Source: Paraphysomonas bandaiensis (taxonomy: Eukaryota > Protista > Chrysophyceae). From it: a stretch of DNA of 64,000 nt. The position numbers and the translations under genes were made by a program. The first letter of the stretch is position 1. The number at the start of each line of letters is the position of its first letter. The notes under the pieces are model-generated. The model saw only the letters and a list, made by a program, of their open reading frames with translations, had not been told where the DNA came from and did no database searches. This document shows, piece after piece, positions 14,004 to 24,004 of this stretch. The stretch covers positions 1-64,000 of the forward strand of contig CBFFRP010000012.1 in the NCBI GenBank assembly GCA_965644295.1, written 5' to 3'.

Positions 14004-15126
14004 TATGCACAAACCGGACTTGCTGGTTTGCTCCCAACAAAATGTATAATAAGGTATGAGTAAACACTTATTATTACTGTTAAATCACCCAACACGGTCA
14101 ACGATATCCGCTAGATAACGCCGCGCAGTATTCCCTCTAAGAATAAAGATCGCTGTTAAGACAGTGTCAAGTAACTTAAAACAATGACATGCAAGGAATA
14201 ACATATAGAATGGTACGCATCTACAGAATGAACCAAGTTCATTTTATATCACACACACCACACCGCATGCATTCTTGCATACACCGTGTATACCACACGT
14301 ATTATGACAATAAAACAAAACTGAATAACAGCGTATGAAACTGAATAACTGCGCATAAAACTGAAATAAAACCATAGTGATAAAACTGAAAAACAGCTAA
14401 CTAAAATGAGTAACGTGATACCGTATTCGCTGATAGTCTACTGCTCTTATCATACTCCCTAAACTCATATAAAACCTATTGCATCTTTACTCTTTCCATA
14501 TATTCCTCTTTAAGCCACACGCTTGCCATAATAGCCACCCACTATGCCTGCTTAGCAGCATCACCATGCTTAGCGTCTATAGTATGCTCTTGAATGGTCC
14601 TAACTCCTGCTCATCTCCCTATCCAGAGCACCATCATGAAAATGCAGCTCACAGAGGTATTGGGCTGTGTACATCCATAGTTCTGCACTTAACTTGAGAC
14701 ATTTATGTTCAGGATGTACTAGCAACATCTGAAGATCCCTTCTTATGCTGTTCTGAGGATGATGCAGAGAGAATTGTGTGTACATCACGTTGATGCTACC
14801 TAAGTCTCTCTCCATTGCCCTTATTGCCTCTACGTCATAAAACAACAGGTGCAGTCGGCTGGCTTCACATGTATTGCAAGTAGAGATAGTGGGTAACGTG
14901 TTTTGAGTGTCGTGATATTAATAACTGCCTAGAGTAGCCGCATGTATGTACTTCAGTGTGAATGGCTTGTTGTAATTCCATGACTCGTGGCTAGATCCTT
15001 GCACTTCCTTCGTAAATAATTGTCTTGTACTGTTTGCTGTCCTTCTTCTGTTGTTGACTCTCTTCTTGTTGTTGAATACCCTATTTCACTACTACACTTG
15101 CTACTATATAAACCCCCAGGGTTACA
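14004..15126 (-). repeat. Gypsy 3' LTR (1123 bp)
   Basis: Matches 21208-22348 apart from 3 substitutions I could see and an 18-bp indel in an aaactgaa tandem block. Confidence 0.95.
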
Positions 15127-15195
15127 CTACCTTTTTCCCTCTCTCTTTTTTTTTTTTTCGATAATAATATAACTCAGTATAAAAATAAGTCAAAA

Positions 15196-18100
15196 TTAAT
15201 GTTGATTGACTTGGGGAAAACGTAGCGCAAAGTCGGAATCTACCAGTACCATAGTTGTCGGATCGAAGTCGCGATGTACAAAACATTTCACGTGATAGTT
15301 ATCAAATCTGTATGTGGCTTTGGTCATGGGATTCTTGACAGAAATTAGCTTCTTGCTGGTCTTATGGTACCAGTGAGTGAGCATAAATTGCATCACATAT
15401 GTAACAGTGGGCGAATCTGGTAGTTGTAGGGCATCATACCAGTCATCTCCGAATACTCTGATATCTACATACACCTCGTCACCCGGTTGAACCGTAGTTA
15501 TTGACTGCTTCCTCTTCTCACTGATATATTTGGCGGCCCCATCCGTGGTATAAATAAGATGATGTAGATAAGGCTTGCTGCTACAGAATTCCTCATAGGC
15601 TATGGAATCAAATAAATCCTGGCTGTAAGGTAGCTCTCTGATATCTCCATCCTTGAAACGTACTGTAAACAACATTGTTGAACGCCGTTCTCTGTCTCCA
15701 GTGTAGTATAAAATAGTGTCAATCTCATGCTGATCATGATCTCGCATAGCCATTTTATAGGCGTGTTCCCTGTCTCCTGGATACAATTTTACATCCCGTA
15801 CGTCTACTTTTGTTACAACACCGGTCACCAAATGCTTGCAGTCAATATCATTCTTATACTGCGATATAACCTGAAACGGTCCTAGGTATCTATGAGACAT
15901 TTTAGGGTAAACCTTGGCCCCTTTGTCAAATAAAACAAAGTCGCCCGGCTGATACTGATTCTGTCGCTGAGGGGATATGCCTTTACTGAAACGTTTGGCC
16001 TTCAACTGATCTTGATATTCTCTCGAACTGCGTTGCAACAGAGCTAGATTATCATTGAGTTTATGTAGTCTGGCGTGGGCTTTCTCTGGTACTTCATCCC
16101 TTCCCATATTGTTATACCTCTCACTCTCAGAACCAAATGTTAACTCAAAAGGCGAATACCCCGTTTCAGATGATACTTCAGAATTCAATACATGTGCCAC
16201 TGTAGGAATCCAGCTGGGGTCTTCAAATACATCTCGCTTCTCTTCTTTCTCGCTGTAATCAAATACTAATGCTCTTAAATGCCGCACTACCTCTCCTATG
16301 ATCCTCTCGCATCCGTTGGCATGTCTATCCGCTATGCTGAATGTGTGTTTGACACCGATATATGAGCAAAGTTGATCAAATAATTGGGATTTTAGATCAG
16401 GTCCTTGATCCGATATGATCACATCAGTATGACCAAATTGACTCCAATACTTCCATACAGTATTAGCAAGATTTATGGCAGTGACTCCCTTCACTGGTTC
16501 GAGGAAGACATGTTTTGTAAACAGATTTACCACCACGTTAATATGTGTGTAGCCTTCTTTACCGTGGGGTGTAATTTCCACTGCATCAATACCGATGGCA
16601 CTACGAGCTGAAGGTGGTTTTAAACTGCGAGGTATGGCTATCAAAGCTTCTTGCATTCCGAGTCGTGTCTTAGCACAGTTGGGACATTTATTAATCATCT
16701 CGGTGACTTCTTCAAAAGATATTCTGTGTCCTGGGCACTTCTTGTTTAACTTAACCCAAGTAGCGTAAGCTCCTTTGTGACCTTGTCTGGCATTATGAAC
16801 TGCTTGAAAACATTCCTCTTTGGATAAATACAACGGTTCCAACTCTTCTTCCTTATCATCCGGATCCATAAAGTTGTTAAGATAGATGTCTAAGTTGCCA
16901 AACATAGTTTCATCAATGTATTCCTCAATGTCCACATCAAGAAATATACCAGCTAAATGTTGCAACTTATGTGCTCTGGAGAGCCAATCTGCTAACCAAT
17001 TTTGAGAACCTGGAATGTGTCGAATCATAAAGTTAAACGATTGCAGGTATATACGCCATCTCACAATTTTCGGTACTTCAGATGCCTCCATCCACACTAA
17101 ATTGTTATGATCAGTCTCAATAATAAACTCCTTGCCCACTAAATAATATGCGAGGTTTCTGACAGCATAATAGATACCGTAGCCTTCCTGCTCTATCGTA
17201 GCCCATCGTTGTGCTTGCGTTGAGAATTTTTTCGATATAAATGCTATTGGTTGTAACTGAACAGTACCATCCTCTAAAATTTTCTTCTGTAATAATACTG
17301 CTCCTACTCCTAGCTCGCTAGCATCAGTTCTTAGGATCCATTCTAACGAATAGTCGGGATAAAATAACTCACAGGCGTCTTGTAGACCTTTTATGAATCT
17401 TCGATACTCCTCTTCATAATCATGCTTCCATGTAGATTTATCCCAGTTGAAAGTTTTCTTGGTCATGTCCGGAAGATGACCTACCAAGTCAGAATATCTA
17501 GGTGTGAACCCTGAGAAGAAAACTCCTTTTCCTAGTAAGCTTCTGGCCGTCTTAGTACTCGTAGGCATTGGAATGTTAGCCAAAGCTTCCTTCTTATCAG
17601 GACTGACCTCATACGATTTGTGTCTGCACACGTAGCCAAAGAAATTCACTTCCCGGAATCCCAGCCAACTCTTAGGCATCTTGAGTTTTACATTACGTTC
17701 TATACACCTGTCAATTATCATTTCGAACTTCTTATAAGCGTCTGTGGCATCCTCCGCTAAGATTAACATATTATCAAAAATTACGATGGCCCAGTCGCTG
17801 AAATCCGAAAACAAATCTCTTACAACTTCTTGAAGAATTCCAGTGGCAGGTGCGATGCCTTCAGGCATAAACTTCGGAGCGAACTGTCCCCATGGTGTTT
17901 GGATGGACAATCTTTCCGAGGTTTCTTCATGCAAAGCTACTTGATGGAAAGCATTAGTCAGATCGATGTCCATGTACAAAGGAAAGTTTGTGATCTTCTG
18001 AATCTCGTGCCTGACATTGGGGATAGTATGATTTCCTACCTCCATGTGCTTATTTATTTGCACATAATCACCACAGAATCTTATGTAGGGTGGCGTAGCC

Positions 18101-19197
18101 TTTGGTGCGACTACTAAACATGATGCCCATGGCGATCTGCTTTTCCCATAGAAGTATCCACATAACCTACGAAATTCCTTCTCAGACGCTTCCCAAAGTT
18201 TCGGGTTGATGGGTCTGGCTTTAGGCTTCATGCGCTCCGGCAAAGTCTCTTTCCATTTCAAACGCAAGGGCTCTATTCCTTTTATGCCACTCCATTCCTC
18301 TGGAACAAAGACTTTCTCTGCCTTTCCTTTCAATAATGCTACTATATCCGTATTACACCGAAGTTCCTCACTAACATGTTTGTCTATCAAGTCATGGTAA
18401 TCCTGAACTGCTTCTTGCCTAGGCTTCCCTAAGAAAGTCAATGCATCCCCAAAGTTTACGGGCAGTTCCACTTCAGCTTCCTCTGGCGCTTCCTCATCAT
18501 TGGATTTTAGCCACGGCTTGATTAAATTGTCTCTTGTAAACGTATTTGATCTTCTCTGTTCCAGATCTTCTGTGTCTTTCATCTCTTCTATTTGGTTTAA
18601 TTGCGAGTCTAGGACATCCTGCTCCTTTAGCTCCCGGTTAGCCTGTCTAAGCAGCTCGTCCATAAAAGGATATAATTTACCAGTGAGTGCCGGCAAACCC
18701 AGTATTATGTCCTGACTCTTCATGTCTAAGACGAAAAACTCTCCAGTGTATGTGTGAGTCCTCGCTCTCTTGTCTTCAACTTTCAAATTTAACTTCACTG
18801 CCTCCTTCAAAGGTTTCACTGTACGACTGTCTGCCAATATGACTCTGCACTTGGTCTTCATAATATCTTTGTCATCTAGTCTACTTCGTATCCTCTTGAT
18901 TAAATCAGCACTAACATAATTTGCTGACAAGGCTCCCGTATCACATAATATATATACTAATTCTTCAATATCCATTTTTCTGTCTAGCACTACTCTTCCT
19001 ACCGTGTGACTACTGGATAGAATTTTCTTATCTGGATAACTGGCGTATAAAACTGAAGACCTATTGTCTTCTTGCTTCAGTCTACGTAAATCAAAATCCT
19101 GCGAAAGCGTTCTCCTCTTATCATCTTCACTCTCGCAAGATTCTTCATGTTCGACTTTATGCCTACTATGTACATATTCAGTGTCTCTACTTCCTAG
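15196..19197 (-). CDS. Gypsy Pol: protease, RT, RNase H, integrase, chromodomain-like C-terminus
   Basis: LCDTGA; RFCGDY; DIDLTNAFHQ; MPEGI; IFDN; TDASELGVGAVL; ETDHNNL; ADWLSR; HHCC (H..H..CPNC); IGIDAV/ISDQG/NGCER; YLGPF; EIDTILYYTG..MLFTVRFKDG. The frame is open from the gag stop (19197) through to the annotated ORF start 18990. Confidence 0.93.
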   Translation of the reverse strand, partial: LGSRDTEYVHSRHKVEHEESCESEDDKRRTLSQDFDLRRLKQEDNRSSVLYASYPDKKILSSSHTVGRVVLDRKMDIEELVYILCDTGALSANYVSADLIKRIRSRLDDKDIMKTKCRVILADSRTVKPLKEAVKLNLKVEDKRARTHTYTGEFFVLDMKSQDIILGLPALTGKLYPFMDELLRQANRELKEQDVLDSQLNQIEEMKDTEDLEQRRSNTFTRDNLIKPWLKSNDEEAPEEAEVELPVNFGDALTFLGKPRQEAVQDYHDLIDKHVSEELRCNTDIVALLKGKAEKVFVPEEWSGIKGIEPLRLKWKETLPERMKPKARPINPKLWEASEKEFRRLCGYFYGKSRSPWASCLVVAPKATPPYIRFCGDYVQINKHMEVGNHTIPNVRHEIQKITNFPLYMDIDLTNAFHQVALHEETSERLSIQTPWGQFAPKFMPEGIAPATGILQEVVRDLFSDFSDWAIVIFDNMLILAEDATDAYKKFEMIIDRCIERNVKLKMPKSWLGFREVNFFGYVCRHKSYEVSPDKKEALANIPMPTSTKTARSLLGKGVFFSGFTPRYSDLVGHLPDMTKKTFNWDKSTWKHDYEEEYRRFIKGLQDACELFYPDYSLEWILRTDASELGVGAVLLQKKILEDGTVQLQPIAFISKKFSTQAQRWATIEQEGYGIYYAVRNLAYYLVGKEFIIETDHNNLVWMEASEVPKIVRWRIYLQSFNFMIRHIPGSQNWLADWLSRAHKLQHLAGIFLDVDIEEYIDETMFGNLDIYLNNFMDPDDKEEELEPLYLSKEECFQAVHNARQGHKGAYATWVKLNKKCPGHRISFEEVTEMINKCPNCAKTRLGMQEALIAIPRSLKPPSARSAIGIDAVEITPHGKEGYTHINVVVNLFTKHVFLEPVKGVTAINLANTVWKYWSQFGHTDVIISDQGPDLKSQLFDQLCSYIGVKHTFSIADRHANGCERIIGEVVRHLRALVFDYSEKEEKRDVFEDPSWIPTVAHVLNSEVSSETGYSPFELTFGSESERYNNMGRDEVPEKAHARLHKLNDNLALLQRSSREYQDQLKAKRFSKGISPQRQNQYQPGDFVLFDKGAKVYPKMSHRYLGPFQVISQYKNDIDCKHLVTGVVTKVDVRDVKLYPGDREHAYKMAMRDHDQHEIDTILYYTGDRERRSTMLFTVRFKDGDIRELPYSQDLFDSIAYEEFCSSKPYLHHLIYTTDGAAKYISEKRKQSITTVQPGDEVYVDIRVFGDDWYDALQLPDSPTVTYVMQFMLTHWYHKTSKKLISVKNPMTKATYRFDNYHVKCFVHRDFDPTTMVLVDSDFALRFPQVNQH

Positions 19198-20847
19198 TCA
19201 AGCTCGAGTACCCGAGGGTTCTCTTCGCATGATGGAAGTTTGTGACACAGCACCCGAGTCCGAGGTGCCTTGAACAAATTTATCAATCTTTAATTTCATT
19301 TCCTTAGCCGCTTTAACCAATTCTGGACCATGGTGCAAATACTTGCAGTTGTCTCTCTTGCAAGTTCCCGTGAGTATCTTCTGTAAGCATCCATACTTCT
19401 TGTCAGAGTTGGTAGGTGGTCCCACCGCATGTAGATGTTCAGGAATCTCATCTTCCTCTTCAACTGACTCATTTAGATCAATACTCAAAGAAGCATCTGG
19501 TTTTAAATCCGCAGAAATGGTCACGGTAGGTGCTGCTGGTTCTGGTAAATAATTCCTCCAGTCATCTTCCTCAGCTGGTGATTGCTCCGCATCACTGTCT
19601 GGAACTTCATACGCTCCTTCCTCGATGGCATTTAGAGGTTTTAAGACACGAGGTTTTGAAAATATCTTCTTCTCATTCACCTTCTTCTCTCTGTAGACTC
19701 TCAACCTCTCCTTGTGCTCTGTTAAACATTTGTATGGGATTTCCCTAACAGCTACACTCAACTGATACTCATCAGAAATAATTTCGGTGTACTGATCAAA
19801 GAATTCCTGCATGTTCTTAAACTTAGTTTCTGTCATGCAACTCCATACATGTTCGAAGTACTCTGCATCATTACACGTTTTGAAAAGCCGAATAAGTCCT
19901 CCCGGCTTGTCATCAATTCTCGGGCACCAGTCCTTGTTGCCCTCCAACATAATGTTAAGCATTCTTCCGAACTCCGATATCAATTTTAGCTGTTGATGGT
20001 AGAATGTCTCGTGGTTCACGGGAGATACAACAGCCCATCCCATGACTCTGGAATGTCGTAGGGCTTCCTCTAATTCCTTGTAAAACGCTGGTCTAGAAAA
20101 CACTTTGGTCTCGTTGGCTATCACTCTAATAAGATCTGTAATACCAAGCGATCCCAGTTGTCCCTGCGTCAACTGGTATTTGGAACGCAGGTGCTCCTTG
20201 CATGCTTGAGAGAGAATTTTCTGAACTCTGACTTTCGTGTTCTCTTCCTCCTGAAAATTCATGATTGCTTTGATAGCTTTCGTCACCTTTGATAGCTGGA
20301 AACTATCTATTCTGACATTGCACTCCTTAGCCTGTCGCATCACCACTTCTCCACTCGAGGCTACCTGTCTCTCGCTGCTGGCAATCTCTCTGAATATAGA
20401 ACCTTTGACTGACTTTACATCGAATGGATCTGATTCATCGTTGGTTGAAGTTCGCGTGGGAATAATTGCGTCGATAGACTGCCTTCTGGACGCCTGAGCA
20501 ATCTCATGTAACACGGAAGGTCTACCCTTCTTTTGCTTCTCAGCATGTCCTTGTTTCGGCTTTGCCTCTTCTACGGCTTCTTCCTGGCTAAGTTCACTGG
20601 CAGGTGCTGGTGAATTTCTAGGAGGAGATGGTTCCGGAAATGAATAAGTCCCTTCCAGGACAGCTACTCTTACTCTCAATTCCTTGAGTTCATCGCTGAC
20701 CTCAGCTACGTTGTGCTTGAGCCCAGCTACATCATCTTTTACCCCAGCTACTGTCTCAGTTAGAGTATTTACAGCACCCGTTATTTGCTCTACGAATCCC
20801 TGCATTAGACGCTGCAGGTCTGTGGCTTCGTCTTGATTATTATCCAT
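19198..20847 (-). CDS. Gypsy Gag with N-terminal coiled coil and a CCCH-type zinc finger
   Basis: 549-aa ORF directly upstream of and in frame with pol; C-x8-C-x4-C-x3-H at 19333-19389. Confidence 0.85.
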   Translation of the reverse strand: MDNNQDEATDLQRLMQGFVEQITGAVNTLTETVAGVKDDVAGLKHNVAEVSDELKELRVRVAVLEGTYSFPEPSPPRNSPAPASELSQEEAVEEAKPKQGHAEKQKKGRPSVLHEIAQASRRQSIDAIIPTRTSTNDESDPFDVKSVKGSIFREIASSERQVASSGEVVMRQAKECNVRIDSFQLSKVTKAIKAIMNFQEEENTKVRVQKILSQACKEHLRSKYQLTQGQLGSLGITDLIRVIANETKVFSRPAFYKELEEALRHSRVMGWAVVSPVNHETFYHQQLKLISEFGRMLNIMLEGNKDWCPRIDDKPGGLIRLFKTCNDAEYFEHVWSCMTETKFKNMQEFFDQYTEIISDEYQLSVAVREIPYKCLTEHKERLRVYREKKVNEKKIFSKPRVLKPLNAIEEGAYEVPDSDAEQSPAEEDDWRNYLPEPAAPTVTISADLKPDASLSIDLNESVEEEDEIPEHLHAVGPPTNSDKKYGCLQKILTGTCKRDNCKYLHHGPELVKAAKEMKLKIDKFVQGTSDSGAVSQTSIMRREPSGTRA

Positions 20848-21207
20848 AACTGTCTATAGTTATTTTCGGTGAATAGCTTATTGGGGTAATATACTATCAA
20901 CGGGCAAATCCGTCCGCACTGGATCAGGTATTTCTTCCAACTCACTGTTCCCAAAATTGACTTAAAACAATTACAGGTTAATCAGCTAGCTACGATAATT
21001 GTCTGTTATGTTCCTATGTGTATACTAAGTTTTCTGCAACAACTCTACTGTCTTGACGTGCAAATCCGTCCGCACTGTACAAGATGAGATATTATTACGT
21101 CAAACGTCGACGACACAATGAGATATAACTTCCAATCTAAACAATTGCTATGTACTACTCGATTACGCAATATATAAGGCCTTGTGGGACTAGCAGTAAT
21201 TAATTAC

Positions 21208-22348
21208 TATGCACAAACCGGACTTGCTGGTTTGCTCCCAACAAAATGTATAATAAGGTATGAGTAAACACTTATTATTACTGTTAAATCACCCAACACG
21301 GTCAACGATATCCGCTAGATAACGCCGCGCAGTATTCCCTCTAAGAATAAAGATCGCTGTTAAGACAGTGTCAAGTAACTTAAAACAATGACATGCAAGG
21401 AATAACATATAGAATGGTACGCATCTACAGAATGAACCAAGTTCATTTTATATCACACACACCACACCGCATGCATTCTTGCATACACCGTGTATACCAC
21501 ACGTATTATGACAATAAAACAAAACTGAATAACAGCGTATGAAACTGAATAACTGCGCATAAAACTGAAACTACGCATAAAACTGAAATAAAACCATAGT
21601 GATAAAACTGAAAAACAGCTAACTAAAATGAGTAACGTGATACCGTATTCGCTGATAGTCTACTGCTCTTATCATACTCCCTAAACTCATATAAAACTTA
21701 TTGCATCTTTACTCTCTCCATATATTCCTCTTTAAGCCACACGCTTGCCATAATAGCCACCCACTATGCCTGCTTAGCAGCATCACCATGCTTAGCGTCT
21801 ATAGTATGCTCTTGAATGGTCCTAACTCCTGCTCATCTCCCTATCCAGAGCACCATCATGAAAATGCAGCTCACAGAGGTATTGGGCTGTGTACATCCAT
21901 AGTTCTGCACTTAACTTGAGACATTTATGTTCAGGATGTACTAGCAACATCTGAAGATCACTTCTTATGCTGTTCTGAGGATGATGCAGAGAGAATTGTG
22001 TGTACATCACGTTGATGCTACCTAAGTCTCTCTCCATTGCCCTTATTGCCTCTACGTCATAAAACAACAGGTGCAGTCGGCTGGCTTCACATGTATTGCA
22101 AGTAGAGATAGTGGGTAACGTGTTTTGAGTGTCGTGATATTAATAACTGCCTAGAGTAGCCGCATGTATGTACTTCAGTGTGAATGGCTTGTTGTAATTC
22201 CATGACTCGTGGCTAGATCCTTGCACTTCCTTCGTAAATAATTGTCTTGTACTGTTTGCTGTCCTTCTTCTGTTGTTGACTCTCTTCTTGTTGTTGAATA
22301 CCCTATTTCACTACTACACTTGCTACTATATAAACCCCCAGGGTTACA
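21208..22348 (-). repeat. Gypsy 5' LTR (1141 bp; TGTAAC...GTGCATA)
   Basis: Direct repeat of 14004-15126. Confidence 0.95.
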
Positions 22349-23175
22349 GTTCTGGAAGGGAGAATAAAGTAGCTCTATAGCGCCGGGTCCTCCCACGGTC
22401 ACGAAGCGGTCTCACTGGTGCAATTTTGCACACTGACGCATGAAACAGACATCTACCAAAATCTGTTACAAATTCAAGCTGACTCCAATGTCTTCCCTCC
22501 ATTGTGTGCACTCGTCCAGCACATGCATCCACCTTGCACTCTTCTCCCGAGTGACTTGCACTAGTAGGAAACCGTGCACCTTCCCCGCTCGGATGAAAAC
22601 CTACTAAAAGCAAGAATAACATAAAAGCACCACAATGTACCTGACACTGCTTGGAGAACAGTGCCAGTGCCTTGATATATAATCTCAATGACCTGGGTCA
22701 GGAGAAACCAAGACTAGGCAGTAGACGTGTGAGAAGACATGACAGGTCTAATCACATCATTGCCATTGCCATGCATCCATGAGGACAGTTTGACGCATTA
22801 CCTCGGTCATTTGCCACACAGATACTGAATAATGTGAACTCATACTCAGCATCAATCACTCAAAGCAAACGCAGGGAGCAAGCAGAATGTTGATATACCT
22901 GACATCTGCTGACTTCAGGTTTTTTGAGTTCTTAAGGTGAACATCCCGGATGCTTAACTTCAGCAGGCAGCCCAATACCCCGGTTACCCTTCTGGTGGGC
23001 CCTGTCCCGGATGCCCTTGAGGTGGGCTCATTCCCGGATGCCTGTTTATTTTCGTCAGGGCCCAAAAAGACGTCTACACAAGTGACACTTATTAGTAGTG
23101 TCCCTTGTACCACACAAGCATTTGGCTATATGAGTGGGCAGAACAATATATATCTGATGACTATATAATAATATA

Positions 23176-23264
23176 CGGCTCACGTTAGTTTCCCGGAGAA
23201 ATATCTCCGGTACTTATATCCCCCAGAACACCACGAAAAGGTGCGAGTCCGACTTTGTTGAGGG
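23176..23264 (-). ncRNA. HDV-like self-cleaving ribozyme fold at the retroposon 5' end
   Basis: P1 CCCUCAAC/GUUCUGGG (imperfect), P2 CGG(A)CUCGC/GUGAGCCG, P3 ACC/GGU with L3 UUUUCGU, GG, P4 CCGGAGA-UAUU-UCUCCGG, J4/2 CUAAC. Confidence 0.75.
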
Positions 23265-24004
23265 TAATGCCTAGCTAGGACACAATACATACCTGAGTCA
23301 TGTGCACCTACGACAAGCTCCACGTCTTATTTCTGTTAAACACATACATGACCTTAAGTCGGGGTATTACCAAAACCTGTTGAAATGTATAAAACCCGGT
23401 AAATTTTTTGATGATAGTCGTAAAAGGGTACTGCGCACAATAATTAATAAGCAACTATGAAGATAATATTAATAGTGTAAAGTACATTATTCATAATTTT
23501 TACTACTTTCTGAAATATTGCTTCAATGGCACCGACTATACATATACCTCTCATCTCATCATCTTTGTGAATTACCTTATGATCATTGCCACTTCTACCA
23601 ATCAATATAAATTATATATATATTAGTTCCATAAAACTAATTCATGCCATTTTATTTAGTTCATATAATACTGCTTTCAACTGCTGTATTATTCGAACAA
23701 CGGTTATAATTTACAAATTTTAAAATGCAGCTATATTAATAAAAGCAAAATTCTACAAGTAGAACGATATAATAATACTAATAATATTATCTATCATCTC
23801 TATAAACTACTTTACTTTTTTCTTCGACTATCTAAAACGTAAAACGTTAAAATGTGTTCTGATAATAATCTACAGTAGTAACTTTTTAATTTATTTGTCA
23901 GTAGTTGTCCAAGCTGTTATCGAGCTCTTCAACGAATATTTGTGCCAGTCAGAACTACATACATGTGTAAAGCTTCTACACTCTACACTGTATTCTTTGA
24001 GTCA

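Larger units (their letters stand above)
14004..22348 (-). mobile_element. Intact, recent Ty3/Gypsy (chromovirus-like) LTR retrotransposon
   Basis: Two near-identical LTRs, 4-bp TSD GTTC (14000-14003 / 22349-22352), PPT gagagagggaaaaaggtag next to the 3' LTR, uninterrupted gag and pol. Confidence 0.96.
13697..23264 (-). mobile_element. Full-length (~1.2 kb) non-autonomous non-LTR retroposon split by the Gypsy insertion
   Basis: Flanked by direct repeat taatgcctagcta (13684-13696 and 23265-23277). Segments 13697-14003 and 22349-23150 are colinear with 35690-36795. 5' end CCCTCAAC..., 3' end ...GACATTCAA(T). Confidence 0.88.

Noticed and set aside
14320-14415. aaactgaa periodic repeats as a CRISPR-like array
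   Set aside because: Short degenerate tandem repeats inside an LTR with related spacers, in a eukaryotic context with no cas genes.
21822-22139. ~105-codon stop-free stretch with CxxC inside the LTR (also in the 3' LTR)
   Set aside because: No early ATG and no recognisable domain; presence in both LTRs is not independent evidence.
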